29,434 nt of DNA from a virus (taxonomy: Duplodnaviria; Caudoviricetes). The notes below the pieces were generated by a model. The model ran no database searches and had not been told where the DNA came from. It was given only the letters and a program-made list of their open reading frames with translations. Location of the stretch: positions 1 to 29,434 of the IMG/VR virus record IMGVR_UViG_3300045135_002643; one strand, 5' to 3'. Every line of letters starts with the position of its first letter. Positions within the stretch are counted from its first letter, which is position 1. Positions 1 through 7,834 of the stretch are shown here, in pieces. The position numbers were made by a program, and so were the translations under genes.

Positions 1-77
1 TCCCAACCTGGGGCACGCTTGCGTTTACGTTTTTTGGTACTGAGGGTTGACATACCCCGAACAAGATGCATACTCAT
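1..77 (-). CDS. hypothetical phage protein (5' part only, runs off window)
   Basis: ATG at 77 overlaps the upstream TAA (TAATG coupling); reads MSMHLVRGMSTLSTKKRKRKRAPGW, open to the window edge. Confidence 0.65.
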   Translation of the reverse strand, partial: MSMHLVRGMSTLSTKKRKRKRAPGW

Positions 78-322
78 TAGTCCCAATCCCTTTCGTAAGC
101 AGATTGGGCACGTGCACGATCGCCATAATATTCGTCGACGTACTTTGGAGCATCTGTCCAGGCGTTGATGTTTTCATTACTATAGGGATCCATTGATTCG
201 GTTTCAGTTTTCCGAACACGTTGATTACGCTTCAGTTTCTTGTTAAACTTTTTAGCGTGTCTCTTGATAACAGCAAGACGCTGCTTAGAGGTCATATCTT
301 TTGTGATGTTCATTTGTGCCAT
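77..322 (-). CDS. hypothetical basic protein (81 aa)
   Basis: Start moved to MAQMNITK because a GAGGAG RBS lies 6 nt upstream; the longer track ORF extends into intergenic DNA. Confidence 0.75.
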   Translation of the reverse strand: MAQMNITKDMTSKQRLAVIKRHAKKFNKKLKRNQRVRKTETESMDPYSNENINAWTDAPKYVDEYYGDRARAQSAYERDWD

Positions 323-446
323 GATGTACTCCTCGAAAAATAAAGTTGAAGGTTTCTCTTGAGGGATTGCCTTCCTTCCCACCTGCGTTTTAATTTTAAC
401 GTCGTATACAGGCTTAACCGCGTTTATACTCACTCGACGATAAGTG

Positions 447-758
447 CTATGAGCACTCTCGATCGCACATTCGATCGATATGGCGCTGGAGCTTTTCGTT
501 GCTCCAGTTGCTGAAGTTAAGGCTACGAGCATACGATTTGCTCGTACGGTCAGCAGTGATGTAGTACGCATCCTCAACAAGCTCGGTGCGTTGGAACTCG
601 CGAAGAGTTCCGGAAGGAACCCGCTCCGACCAATATTCGATATCGGTGGGGCACGGGAACTTGCCCATCCAGCAACCAGGTTGCTTGGAGAACTCTTCAG
701 CCTCCTTGCGCTGTGCGTTAACGTGATCGACCAGGGCTTGTTGCATTACGTAAGTCAT
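447..758 (-). CDS. hypothetical early protein
   Basis: 103-aa ORF with a GAGGAG RBS, directly downstream of a promoter module. Confidence 0.8.
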   Translation of the reverse strand: MTYVMQQALVDHVNAQRKEAEEFSKQPGCWMGKFPCPTDIEYWSERVPSGTLREFQRTELVEDAYYITADRTSKSYARSLNFSNWSNEKLQRHIDRMCDRECS

Positions 759-765
759 AGGGTGT

Positions 766-830
766 ATCTCCTCTTTTCCTATTATGCATACTATTCTATC
801 ACAGTTTCAATAGGATGTAAACCCCCTATT
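766..830 (-). promoter_or_regulatory. sigma70-like early promoter plus RBS module, copy 1
   Basis: TTTACA (816-821), 17 bp, TAGAAT (793-798); preceded by AATAGGGGG and followed by AATAGGAAAAGAGGAGAT. Confidence 0.85.
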
Positions 831-845
831 TTCATTTTTTTCAAA

Positions 846-1109
846 TTAATTTGAATAAATTTTCTGAAGGTGTGTCTCGAATGCTTCTACTTTAGCAAGT
901 CGATCAGGCCAAAGAATGTATTCTTTTTCTGGGTTCTTTTTTAAATTATTTAAAAGAGGAATGATTGCATTATAAAGATTGTCAAGTTTGTCTTGAGTGG
1001 TCGATGCTGTGGATGCTACTTCTTTGACTTGGGTAGTAGCTTTCTGAACTGCTTCAAGTTCTGTTTCATCAACAGCAGTAAATCCGAAATCAAAAATATC
1101 GTCAGACAT
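846..1109 (-). CDS. conserved hypothetical protein of T4-like phages
   Basis: Start MSDDIFDFGFTAVDE with an AAGGAG RBS; C-terminal KKNPEKEYILWPDR. Confidence 0.8.
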   Translation of the reverse strand: MSDDIFDFGFTAVDETELEAVQKATTQVKEVASTASTTQDKLDNLYNAIIPLLNNLKKNPEKEYILWPDRLAKVEAFETHLQKIYSN

Positions 1110-1257
1110 TTTGCTTTCTCCTTTTATTTGCGTATATATCAAATATCCATAGTGCGCCAAAGAACCATACAAAATTCATGGTTAATATTGACTGACTAAT
1201 AATATATGCGAATGGCAACATAACAAGTATATCGCCTAAGTGAATTTCTTTTTCCAT
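1102..1257 (-). CDS. small hydrophobic (membrane) protein, 51 aa, not in ORF track
   Basis: MEKEIHLGDILVMLPFAYIISQSILTMNFVWFFGALWIFDIYANKRRKQNV; fills the gap, overlaps the next start, and has a CATAAATA late-like motif at 1263-1270. Confidence 0.6.
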   Translation of the reverse strand: MEKEIHLGDILVMLPFAYIISQSILTMNFVWFFGALWIFDIYANKRRKQNV

Positions 1258-1282
1258 GCTACTATTTATGTCTTTCTAAATT

Positions 1283-1376
1283 TGGTAGTCCTGACAGGAT
1301 TCGAACCTGTATCGCTCTCTAATCTGGAGACTGTGCCGAGTATAAGCCGGGTGTTTTACCGTTAAACTACAGGACT
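1283..1376 (-). tRNA. tRNA-Ile(UAU) with long variable arm
   Basis: Acceptor AGUCCUG/CAGGACU, D arm GUUU/AAAC, anticodon loop CUUAUAC, 24-nt variable region, T arm ACAGG-UUCGAAU-CCUGU, A73, encoded CCA. Confidence 0.8.
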
Positions 1377-1383
1377 ATAATTT

Positions 1384-1469
1384 TGGTACCTCCGGCGAGA
1401 CTCGAACTCGCACGGCCTAAGGCCTACGGATTTTAAGTCCGCTATGTCTACCTATTCCATCACGGAGGC
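1384..1469 (-). tRNA. tRNA-Leu(UAA)
   Basis: Cloverleaf with GCGGA-CUUAAAA-UCCGU anticodon arm, type II variable arm, UUCGA T loop, ACCA end. Confidence 0.95.
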
Positions 1470-1472
1470 ATT

Positions 1473-1549
1473 TGGCGGTTCCTGTAGGATTCGAACCCAC
1501 GACCTACTGCTTAGAAGGCAGTTGCTCTATCCAGCTGAGCTAAGGAACC
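1473..1549 (-). tRNA. tRNA-Arg(UCU)
   Basis: GGUUCCU/AGGAACC acceptor, ACUGC-CUUCUAA-GCAGU anticodon arm, GCCA end. Confidence 0.95.
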
Positions 1550-1715
1550 ATACGATTGGGAAAAGTATAAGGATGAATAACCACACTCTCATTGTTAAGA
1601 TAAGTTTGAGCAACCATAGAGCTCCAGCCAAAAAGAGGAGGAGAAAGGCGAGCTCTATGGTACTCAGAGACTGAACTGCTTCAAGCAGACCAGTCAGTCC
1701 AGGTGTCAATGACAT
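1527..1715 (-). CDS. putative small membrane protein overlapping the tRNA-Arg 5' end
   Basis: GGAGG RBS 6 nt before ATG (MSLTPG...); two very hydrophobic stretches; TAG stop lies in the tRNA D loop. Confidence 0.5.
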   Translation of the reverse strand: MSLTPGLTGLLEAVQSLSTIELAFLLLFLAGALWLLKLILTMRVWLFILILFPIVWFLSSAG

Positions 1716-1875
1716 TGACAACCTCCGAAAGCTGTGGAACATATTCTGGATCGAAGACGTATTTTAAATAGAATACATCACCTTCGGGCGTTTCTATATG
1801 ATGTTCCGGCCGAAACCGATAGGTATAACCTTTATGTTCGTGTCTAACCATAGGTGTTGTTTCATTATTTAACAT
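1681..1875 (-). CDS. hypothetical protein
   Basis: Likely start MLNNETT, overlapping the upstream stop; the longer track ORF is nested in the neighbour. Confidence 0.6.
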   Translation of the reverse strand: MLNNETTPMVRHEHKGYTYRFRPEHHIETPEGDVFYLKYVFDPEYVPQLSEVVNVIDTWTDWSA

Positions 1876-2059
1876 TGATCTGAAATCCTTCTGGTGCATG
1901 TTCATTCCAAATTTTATAGTCTTTGTCGCATTGCGTTTGCATTTGACGAAGAACCTGACGTTCGTCTGATCCGCGCTTCCATACGCTGTGATCATCTGAC
2001 CATTCGTACGACCAGTCATGGCTACGAAGAAGGCTGATATATGATTCTAAAACAAGCAT
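1865..2059 (-). CDS. conserved small phage protein (HDWxYxxSDD motif)
   Basis: AGGAG RBS; HDWSYEWSDD motif, which I recognise from small phage proteins. Confidence 0.75.
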   Translation of the reverse strand: MLVLESYISLLRSHDWSYEWSDDHSVWKRGSDERQVLRQMQTQCDKDYKIWNEHAPEGFQINVK

Positions 2060-2069
2060 CAGTTATCTC

Positions 2070-2273
2070 CTAATACTTAATGAAGTCGATCTGACTTCCA
2101 TATTGCCAACCTTCATCGAAATCGAATACACACCGATCAACCAGATCAGCATATATTTGTTTGACTTCCATGCCGTACTTGTCTCCAACTTTTTCACAAA
2201 GTTCGATCCGACGGATTTTGCTATCACCCCAACGGGTAATAACCCTTTCACCAACTTGAAGTGTTTTCATCAT
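2070..2273 (-). CDS. hypothetical protein
   Basis: TAATG-coupled start MMKTLQVGERV. Confidence 0.7.
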   Translation of the reverse strand: MMKTLQVGERVITRWGDSKIRRIELCEKVGDKYGMEVKQIYADLVDRCVFDFDEGWQYGSQIDFIKY

Positions 2274-2536
2274 TAGCGTACGCTCCAACCAAGATTTTGT
2301 TCCACCCAGTTATTACCTTTGTCTTGGGCAATTGCGATGATAATAGCTTCGCGGATTGAAGTATCCAATAGGCTGATAAATTCTGCTGCCTCACCGATAT
2401 TAGATTTAAGAAGCTTACCAACAGTAGTCGCGTCTTTTGCGTCCTGCTGGTACATATCGGCGACTTTATCTTTGATAGCCCAGTCAGACTTAGCTTCTGC
2501 GTGAAGGCCCTCGATAAGTACGTTTAGATTTTTCAT
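2273..2536 (-). CDS. hypothetical early protein
   Basis: 87 aa, first gene after promoter module copy 2, GAGGAG RBS. Confidence 0.8.
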   Translation of the reverse strand: MKNLNVLIEGLHAEAKSDWAIKDKVADMYQQDAKDATTVGKLLKSNIGEAAEFISLLDTSIREAIIIAIAQDKGNNWVEQNLGWSVR

Positions 2537-2541
2537 TTGGA

Positions 2542-2607
2542 ATCTCCTCTTTTCCTATTTTGTATATCTATTCTATCACATAATCCTGGGGTTGTAAACC
2601 CCCTATT
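2542..2607 (-). promoter_or_regulatory. early promoter plus RBS module, copy 2
   Basis: TTTACA (2593-2598), 17 bp, TAGAAT (2570-2575); 18-bp RBS block identical to copy 1; GGGGTT/AACCCC inverted repeat over the -35. Confidence 0.85.
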
Positions 2608-2615
2608 TGGATAAA

Positions 2616-3128
2616 TTACACATAAAATGGACCTTTTTTTAGCTTTTCATAATCATTATATAAAGGGCAAACACACTCCGGATATATGATTATTTTTTTA
2701 TGTGGTAAAACTCTTTTAAGATTATAAATTCCCAAAGATCTATCATGAAGACATTCTTTCCATCTACCACCCATCATTATTATATTATCAAAGTTAAAGC
2801 CTTTTTCTAATAATAGGATTTCATTTTTTACATTTTCATTGTAGCCATCAATATCATTCAAATAATCGTTAGTATCTTGATCGTACATGTAATAATTTTC
2901 AGGAACTAATTCTTCACAATAAACATTAAGTTTACTTTTCATCCAGGGATGATATGCATATTTGCCATTTTTTGGTCTTATAATTGGTGCACAATATGTA
3001 GCAAATAATGCAGCTTCTATTTTACCTTCTTCTTCAAGTTTGTTTATTCTATGTATCATGCTCCATACGTGTGGATCACAAGTAGAATCCCAAACATCTA
3101 TTAAAATTACTAAGCTTCTATCCATCAA
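2616..3128 (-). CDS. hypothetical protein, possibly isochorismatase/cysteine-hydrolase-like fold
   Basis: N-terminal VILIDVW strand and later IIMMGGRWKECL; very AT-rich; fold call is weak. Confidence 0.55.
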   Translation of the reverse strand: MMDRSLVILIDVWDSTCDPHVWSMIHRINKLEEEGKIEAALFATYCAPIIRPKNGKYAYHPWMKSKLNVYCEELVPENYYMYDQDTNDYLNDIDGYNENVKNEILLLEKGFNFDNIIMMGGRWKECLHDRSLGIYNLKRVLPHKKIIIYPECVCPLYNDYEKLKKGPFYV

Positions 3129-3400
3129 TTTGAAAAAGAATTAGTCTCTGCAGGATTCTCTGGCCAATCAACCAGTTTAGATTTTAGATCCTGGTATCCG
3201 CCAATATATACATCTCTATCTGTAAAAATCTGGGGAACTGTTTTAAATCGATTCATTTTAAATAGGTTCATTGCTTCTTCATTACCAGGAACTTTTACCT
3301 CTTCGTATTCGATTCCCTTTTGTTCTAATAAATCCATTGCTGCATCGCAAAAGATACACCCTGCTTTTGAATAAACTTTATACGGCAAAACTCTCTCCAC
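3125..3400 (-). CDS. grx: glutaredoxin (NrdC-like)
   Basis: VYSKAGCIFC (CxxC), TVPQIF and YIGGY motifs; start uncertain (GTG 3400 or TTG 3388). Confidence 0.9.
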   Translation of the reverse strand: MERVLPYKVYSKAGCIFCDAAMDLLEQKGIEYEEVKVPGNEEAMNLFKMNRFKTVPQIFTDRDVYIGGYQDLKSKLVDWPENPAETNSFSN

Positions 3401-3659
3401 ATCCACAACTTGCTGTTGCATTCGGGTTAATAACTTTTAGGTATGAACCACCTAACTCATTGACATAGTCAACTGTACATCCAAGGACAAACATTTCAGC
3501 AACAGGATCGACTACTAGATTTTCAATTGTTGGATCTTCATCTGTTACATCCCATACATATTGAAATCCAGAACAGCCTCCACCTTTGACTGATAACCAT
3601 ACATTCGGTTGTCCTACTTTCTTTAGATATTCTTTTGCAGAATCAGTTATGCTGAGCAT
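3378..3659 (-). CDS. iscA: HesB/IscA family A-type Fe-S cluster carrier
   Basis: ITDSA, GGGCSGFQY, VDY and NPNATASCGCGESF motifs. Confidence 0.93.
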   Translation of the reverse strand: MLSITDSAKEYLKKVGQPNVWLSVKGGGCSGFQYVWDVTDEDPTIENLVVDPVAEMFVLGCTVDYVNELGGSYLKVINPNATASCGCGESFAV

Positions 3660-3789
3660 CGAGCAAGGCCTTTACTCTTAACTGTAGATGGTGTATTTCT
3701 TCTTGCTGATCAGCAATATTCTTTTTTAATAAATCTATATAACCATCTTTTTGAACAATCTCTTTGCGAAATAGTTCAAGCTCTGTCAT
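3643..3789 (-). CDS. small coiled-coil hypothetical protein
   Basis: ATGA-coupled start MTELELFRKE; heptad pattern. Confidence 0.65.
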   Translation of the reverse strand: MTELELFRKEIVQKDGYIDLLKKNIADQQEEIHHLQLRVKALLDAQHN

Positions 3790-4196
3790 TTCATGATTTT
3801 CTTTAAGTTCTTGTCCGAAAGAGTGCTTTTCCATTTGCTAAACAATACCTCCTGTTTCTCATAGGCTTCTTTTTCCCATGGAAGGTTAAGGTATTCCTCT
3901 CTTGATTTGTAGAAATTAACTTCGCTATATAGTTCTTTACGAACATACTGCTTGACGTGAACCATCTCATGACAGATAGTAACACATAAGTCTTCAAGTG
4001 ATTGTTTACGGTTGACTTCGATAAAGTATTCCCTTTCATCGCCATCAATACACGTACCCTCATATCCTTCCATGTTTTTTATATTTATCTCAATATAACA
4101 CTTACGGATAAGAGGCATAAGTTCCATATAGCAAAAAGATGCTACATCGTAAACCATATTCCTCTGTCTACGTGTTCCGCCCGTCACTAGGATCAT
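3786..4196 (-). CDS. HExxH zincin-like putative metallopeptidase
   Basis: TICHEMVHVKQY and PWEKEAY motifs; GAGGAG RBS before MILVTGG. Confidence 0.8.
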   Translation of the reverse strand: MILVTGGTRRQRNMVYDVASFCYMELMPLIRKCYIEINIKNMEGYEGTCIDGDEREYFIEVNRKQSLEDLCVTICHEMVHVKQYVRKELYSEVNFYKSREEYLNLPWEKEAYEKQEVLFSKWKSTLSDKNLKKIMK

Positions 4197-4374
4197 CGAA
4201 TCTCTCCTCGATAGACTTGATGTGTTTACATTTCCGATAAGCAATGCAGTCGCAATCGAAACCATAATCTGTCATTGTAACAGTATAGTTATCTCCGCGA
4301 CTGCCAATAACTGGCCATTGGACACCAACTGCCCAATGACCTTTTGTATTTACAATTTCTGAAGCGTGACTCAT
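4168..4374 (-). CDS. SWIM zinc-finger protein
   Basis: GSRGDNYTV...CDC...CKH (CxC-xn-CxH). Confidence 0.8.
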   Translation of the reverse strand: MSHASEIVNTKGHWAVGVQWPVIGSRGDNYTVTMTDYGFDCDCIAYRKCKHIKSIEERFDDPSDGRNT

Positions 4375-4382
4375 AATGAAAC

Positions 4383-4568
4383 CTATAACGAGTTAACGTG
4401 GATAAGAATTTCACCCATGTTGATATAATCAAACGTTTGGGTAAGCCAATTAATACGATCCTGAATATCTTGACCAGGCTGGCTAACCTTTTGGAGAGCA
4501 ACGTATTCTTGCTGGTAAAGTGATAGTTGGATCTGTGAGATAACCTGTGGATAGTCTGGACTTTTCAT
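4383..4568 (-). CDS. hypothetical early protein
   Basis: First gene after promoter module copy 3, GAGGAG RBS. Confidence 0.7.
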   Translation of the reverse strand: MKSPDYPQVISQIQLSLYQQEYVALQKVSQPGQDIQDRINWLTQTFDYINMGEILIHVNSL

Positions 4569-4574
4569 AATATA

Positions 4575-4648
4575 CTCCTCTTTTCTTATTATACAAGTAT
4601 TGTACCATAGAAAAAAAGGAATGTAAACCCCCTAATTATTCAGGGGGT
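4575..4648 (-). promoter_or_regulatory. early promoter module copy 3, fused to a terminator-like hairpin
   Basis: TTTACA (4622-4627), 17 bp, TACAAT (4599-4604); ACCCCCT/AGGGGGT inverted repeat (4627-4648) spans the stop codon of the last glycan gene. Confidence 0.8.
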
Positions 4649-5268
4649 AAATTTTTCATAGCCTTCCGGTCATACACCTCTGTACGTACATTTTCTGATA
4701 CAGGCATTTTATAGTTATCGTGTACGTGATGAAAAATAAATTCTACGTTAGGGAACTCTTTGAACATACCAGTCCATACTGGTCTCCAATTAGTAGCAAG
4801 ACGGTTGTTGTTCATATTTCCCCGGTCGGAATGTTGATAGAAATCTGATACGCTTCTTAAATTAAAATCAAAACAAGAATCAAAACCATATAAATGTACT
4901 TCATCTGCTTTTAACCGATTTGCAGCATAGTGTGCGGCAAAGTGACCACAACTAAGATCTGTATAGTTAGGACAATAATCTGGCAAATCCGTATAAAATT
5001 CTTTAATCTGGTTAGCACGTTGCATATAAAAACTAGGATTTTTATCCATCCATATCTTAGGTCTCATTCCAACAATCCAAAATCCTGGAACTTCTATTTC
5101 GCCACGGGTAATAGCTCTCATCATTTTAAAATCTACAATTGTTGTAGAATACGCATCAGGAACAGCAAATGGAGGTAAGTTACATGTGAGCTTTAAACCT
5201 TTTCTTGGCCTTGCTCTGTACAAATGTGAATGGTCTCCATTTCCAATAACATGTACAACTCTAGGCAT
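4636..5268 (-). CDS. putative glycosyltransferase-like protein (GT29/GT42/MptE-like Rossmann)
   Basis: VIGNG, LTCN, VDFKM and VHLYGFD pattern typical of sialyltransferase-like folds. Confidence 0.55.
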   Translation of the reverse strand: MPRVVHVIGNGDHSHLYRARPRKGLKLTCNLPPFAVPDAYSTTIVDFKMMRAITRGEIEVPGFWIVGMRPKIWMDKNPSFYMQRANQIKEFYTDLPDYCPNYTDLSCGHFAAHYAANRLKADEVHLYGFDSCFDFNLRSVSDFYQHSDRGNMNNNRLATNWRPVWTGMFKEFPNVEFIFHHVHDNYKMPVSENVRTEVYDRKAMKNLPPE

Positions 5269-5923
5269 ATCGATTCTTTTCCTTTTCCATTATTTCTTTT
5301 ATACGAATTTTACCCTTACGGCCAGTCCAATGTATTATTTTTTTATTACCTCTATAATTATCAAGTTCAATTTGGATTCTCATTACGTTATATTCATTTG
5401 GCAAATCATGAATATATTTCAACTTGGTAATCGGATTCAACAGAGAATGTAATACTTCCTGATCACCAATATTTGGATTGTCATGAACTTCTTGACACCA
5501 TTGATGTAAGATAATAGGTTTATCTATAAATCCAACAACACCAGAGTTATGCCAAACTTCACCTCTTCTTTCCGACCAAGGTTTATCTTCAACCATCGAA
5601 AGTTTATCTTTTTCAAGTAAATCGAAAATAGGACTAATATCGTCTAAGACTTGACAATCTGTATCAAGCCAAACCGTTTTCTTTGATGGTGAATAAAGCA
5701 TAGCTCTCGGCTTCTTAAACCAACCACGTTCCTTTACTTGGGTCATGTCAATAACAGCATGAAAGTTAGCATCGACAATCTTACGTGTTAGCTCACTTAC
5801 ACCAAAGTCAGCAAAGATAATTGGAGTATCATTATGTTTTTTATAATGTTTAATAAACCAAGATAACGTCCATTCAGTAGATTTATCACATCCCGTTAGA
5901 AATGCTTTATTAAATGATTTCAT
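5261..5923 (-). CDS. GT-A glycosyltransferase (GT8/nucleotide-diphospho-sugar transferase-like)
   Basis: WLDTD (DxD), NSGV, GDQEVL, YN and IIHWTG motifs. Confidence 0.85.
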   Translation of the reverse strand: MKSFNKAFLTGCDKSTEWTLSWFIKHYKKHNDTPIIFADFGVSELTRKIVDANFHAVIDMTQVKERGWFKKPRAMLYSPSKKTVWLDTDCQVLDDISPIFDLLEKDKLSMVEDKPWSERRGEVWHNSGVVGFIDKPIILHQWCQEVHDNPNIGDQEVLHSLLNPITKLKYIHDLPNEYNVMRIQIELDNYRGNKKIIHWTGRKGKIRIKEIMEKEKNRYA

Positions 5924-6554
5924 AGGTTTCTCCAAAACGGTGTTTAGCATGACATCCTTCCTGGGTTTGAATGGTTGTAAAATTATCCATTGCTACGCAT
6001 GACCACGGATAGTGTTCTTGTAAAAATGGGAAATAGTGTAAATTAAGATATACGTCAGTTGGTTTTACTTCGTTCTGAGCCTGATCCATTAGATATTTTG
6101 CACCTTGAGGTTTTACAATATATCCATGAGCACCACCAAAATATGTTTTTTGTGTAAGTGGATTAACGCCTAAAGTACTTGGATTCTTATAATTACCATA
6201 GGATGGCTGAGAGAATGTCATAACATATTCAAATTCTACGTCAGTTGGTACTTTAGTATAAACTACAGCATCATGTTCAAATATAACAATCTTTTCATTT
6301 GTCTTATAAGATTCTTCCCATAATGAATAGTGCGATAAAAAGGCTGAAGCACAATTAAGTGTCCTAGAATATACCTCGTCAAAAGGCCTAGGATCAATTC
6401 CCATATCTTTTAGTTTTTCAAGAGGCTTATCTTTTGGTGTAAATGCGTCCCAGGGTTTTACCTCTAGCCCATTTCGAGCAGCAGATTTAATACATCGTTT
6501 TGCTGCTTGTTCTGACAGTTCATGTCCTTTAATTCGAATTACATATGCTTTCAT
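5910..6554 (-). CDS. glycosyltransferase family 25
   Basis: AYVI, DAF, AFLSHYSLW, IFEHDA and GAHGYIV motifs. Confidence 0.85.
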   Translation of the reverse strand: MKAYVIRIKGHELSEQAAKRCIKSAARNGLEVKPWDAFTPKDKPLEKLKDMGIDPRPFDEVYSRTLNCASAFLSHYSLWEESYKTNEKIVIFEHDAVVYTKVPTDVEFEYVMTFSQPSYGNYKNPSTLGVNPLTQKTYFGGAHGYIVKPQGAKYLMDQAQNEVKPTDVYLNLHYFPFLQEHYPWSCVAMDNFTTIQTQEGCHAKHRFGETYEII

Positions 6555-6557
6555 AAT

Positions 6558-7262
6558 CTATAACGATGTAGTTGATCGTACTCCCTGTACTCTTGTATAA
6601 AATTTCTGTGTGCAGCCAATTCTTGGTATTAGTTGTTTACACATCAAGGCATCGTTTGGCCAAAGTCCATGCTCTTTTACAAGACCTATCATTTGCTTTG
6701 CCCCTTCAGGTTTAATTATATATGCACTGTTACCAGGAAGACCTTGAGGTACACTAAGTTCGTCAATGTTTGGTACAAAGACTACACCGTATTGATCTGG
6801 TGCTGAAGATTTAATCTTATTCAAATAATCCACTGCACGTCTTGTTGCAAATCTAGGATTATTGATACTAATTACTAATTTACGACTTTGATTTATAATA
6901 TTATGATCTAATCGATTAATAAAAATTGAATCATGTTCTAATATAAGATAAGGTACATCGTCGTGAGCGCATGACTTCCAAAGATGATAGTGGCTAAGAG
7001 AACAAGCAATACGAGCTTTTGGATTTTGTGTTGGATAAGATGTCTTTTTTAGCCCAGTAGAAAAGTCTACTACTGCACCTTGCCATGGATAATTCCATTC
7101 AATCTTTTCGTGCTTCATCATATCGTCAACACGATCTGGTGTAACCGCATCAAACTTAATTACTTTAAAATCGTTTTCAACATTCTTACTTGACTTTAAA
7201 CAGTTATTTGCGGCTGTCTGTGACTCTTCGTGATTTGGTATTGCAATTACATATGATTTCAT
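6558..7262 (-). CDS. glycosyltransferase family 25
   Basis: FDAV, ACSLSHYHLW, ILEHD and GNSAYII motifs; paralog of the neighbour. Confidence 0.85.
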   Translation of the reverse strand: MKSYVIAIPNHEESQTAANNCLKSSKNVENDFKVIKFDAVTPDRVDDMMKHEKIEWNYPWQGAVVDFSTGLKKTSYPTQNPKARIACSLSHYHLWKSCAHDDVPYLILEHDSIFINRLDHNIINQSRKLVISINNPRFATRRAVDYLNKIKSSAPDQYGVVFVPNIDELSVPQGLPGNSAYIIKPEGAKQMIGLVKEHGLWPNDALMCKQLIPRIGCTQKFYTRVQGVRSTTSL

Positions 7263-7834
7263 GGCTTTTTCAATACTGTATATCCTACGTTTCTATGTTC
7301 TCTTTCTGCTATTTCCCACCTATTTTCATCAGCAAATCTAGCCAAAACATGGAACAAAGAATCGTTCGGTCTTCCATTAATAATCGACGTATCGTGTGCT
7401 ATAATATATTTCCTAACATTCTTTCCATGAACTTCTAACTCTTTTGTCATATGGTTTGGATGATGATAGGAATCAATAACAAGCATATCTGTTGGATTAA
7501 TTGAACCAAAGCCAGTCGAATCAACCTGTCTTAAATCTAATTTAATATTATTTCTAACACAGTATTCTTGGGCAATCGGCATAAGAAATTTTTTATACCT
7601 TGACATATCGGTATCAACAAGACAGATTTCTTTTGGATTACATAACATTGCTGCAGCAGCAGTCCCGCCCTGGTGAACGCCAAGTTCCATATAAGAATTA
7701 CAATCTTTTAGGTTTCTTTGAATGGCGTCATGTATAGCACAGTAGTATTCACCATGTGCTTCTTCTTGCTGTTCTCGAATAGACGAATGAAATTCTTCCA
7801 GCGTTTTTACATGACCTAATTCAGAGTTAATCAT
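7259..7834 (-). CDS. class I SAM-dependent methyltransferase (Methyltransf_24-like)
   Basis: ELGVHQG, VD, VIDSYH and HDT motifs; AAGGA RBS before MINSELG. Confidence 0.8.
   Translation of the reverse strand: MINSELGHVKTLEEFHSSIREQQEEAHGEYYCAIHDAIQRNLKDCNSYMELGVHQGGTAAAAMLCNPKEICLVDTDMSRYKKFLMPIAQEYCVRNNIKLDLRQVDSTGFGSINPTDMLVIDSYHHPNHMTKELEVHGKNVRKYIIAHDTSIINGRPNDSLFHVLARFADENRWEIAEREHRNVGYTVLKKP

Noticed and set aside
335-400. UUAAAACGCAGGUGGGAAG resembles the 5' part of a class II cobalamin riboswitch, tempting given nrdJ
   Set aside because: No T-loop arm, B12 box or closing complementary strand follows
395-440. CGUCG...CGACG-UUAAAAU resembles pistol ribozyme P1, and GGUUAAGCC resembles a twister core
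   Set aside because: The loop length is wrong and the required pseudoknot partners and conserved catalytic elements are absent
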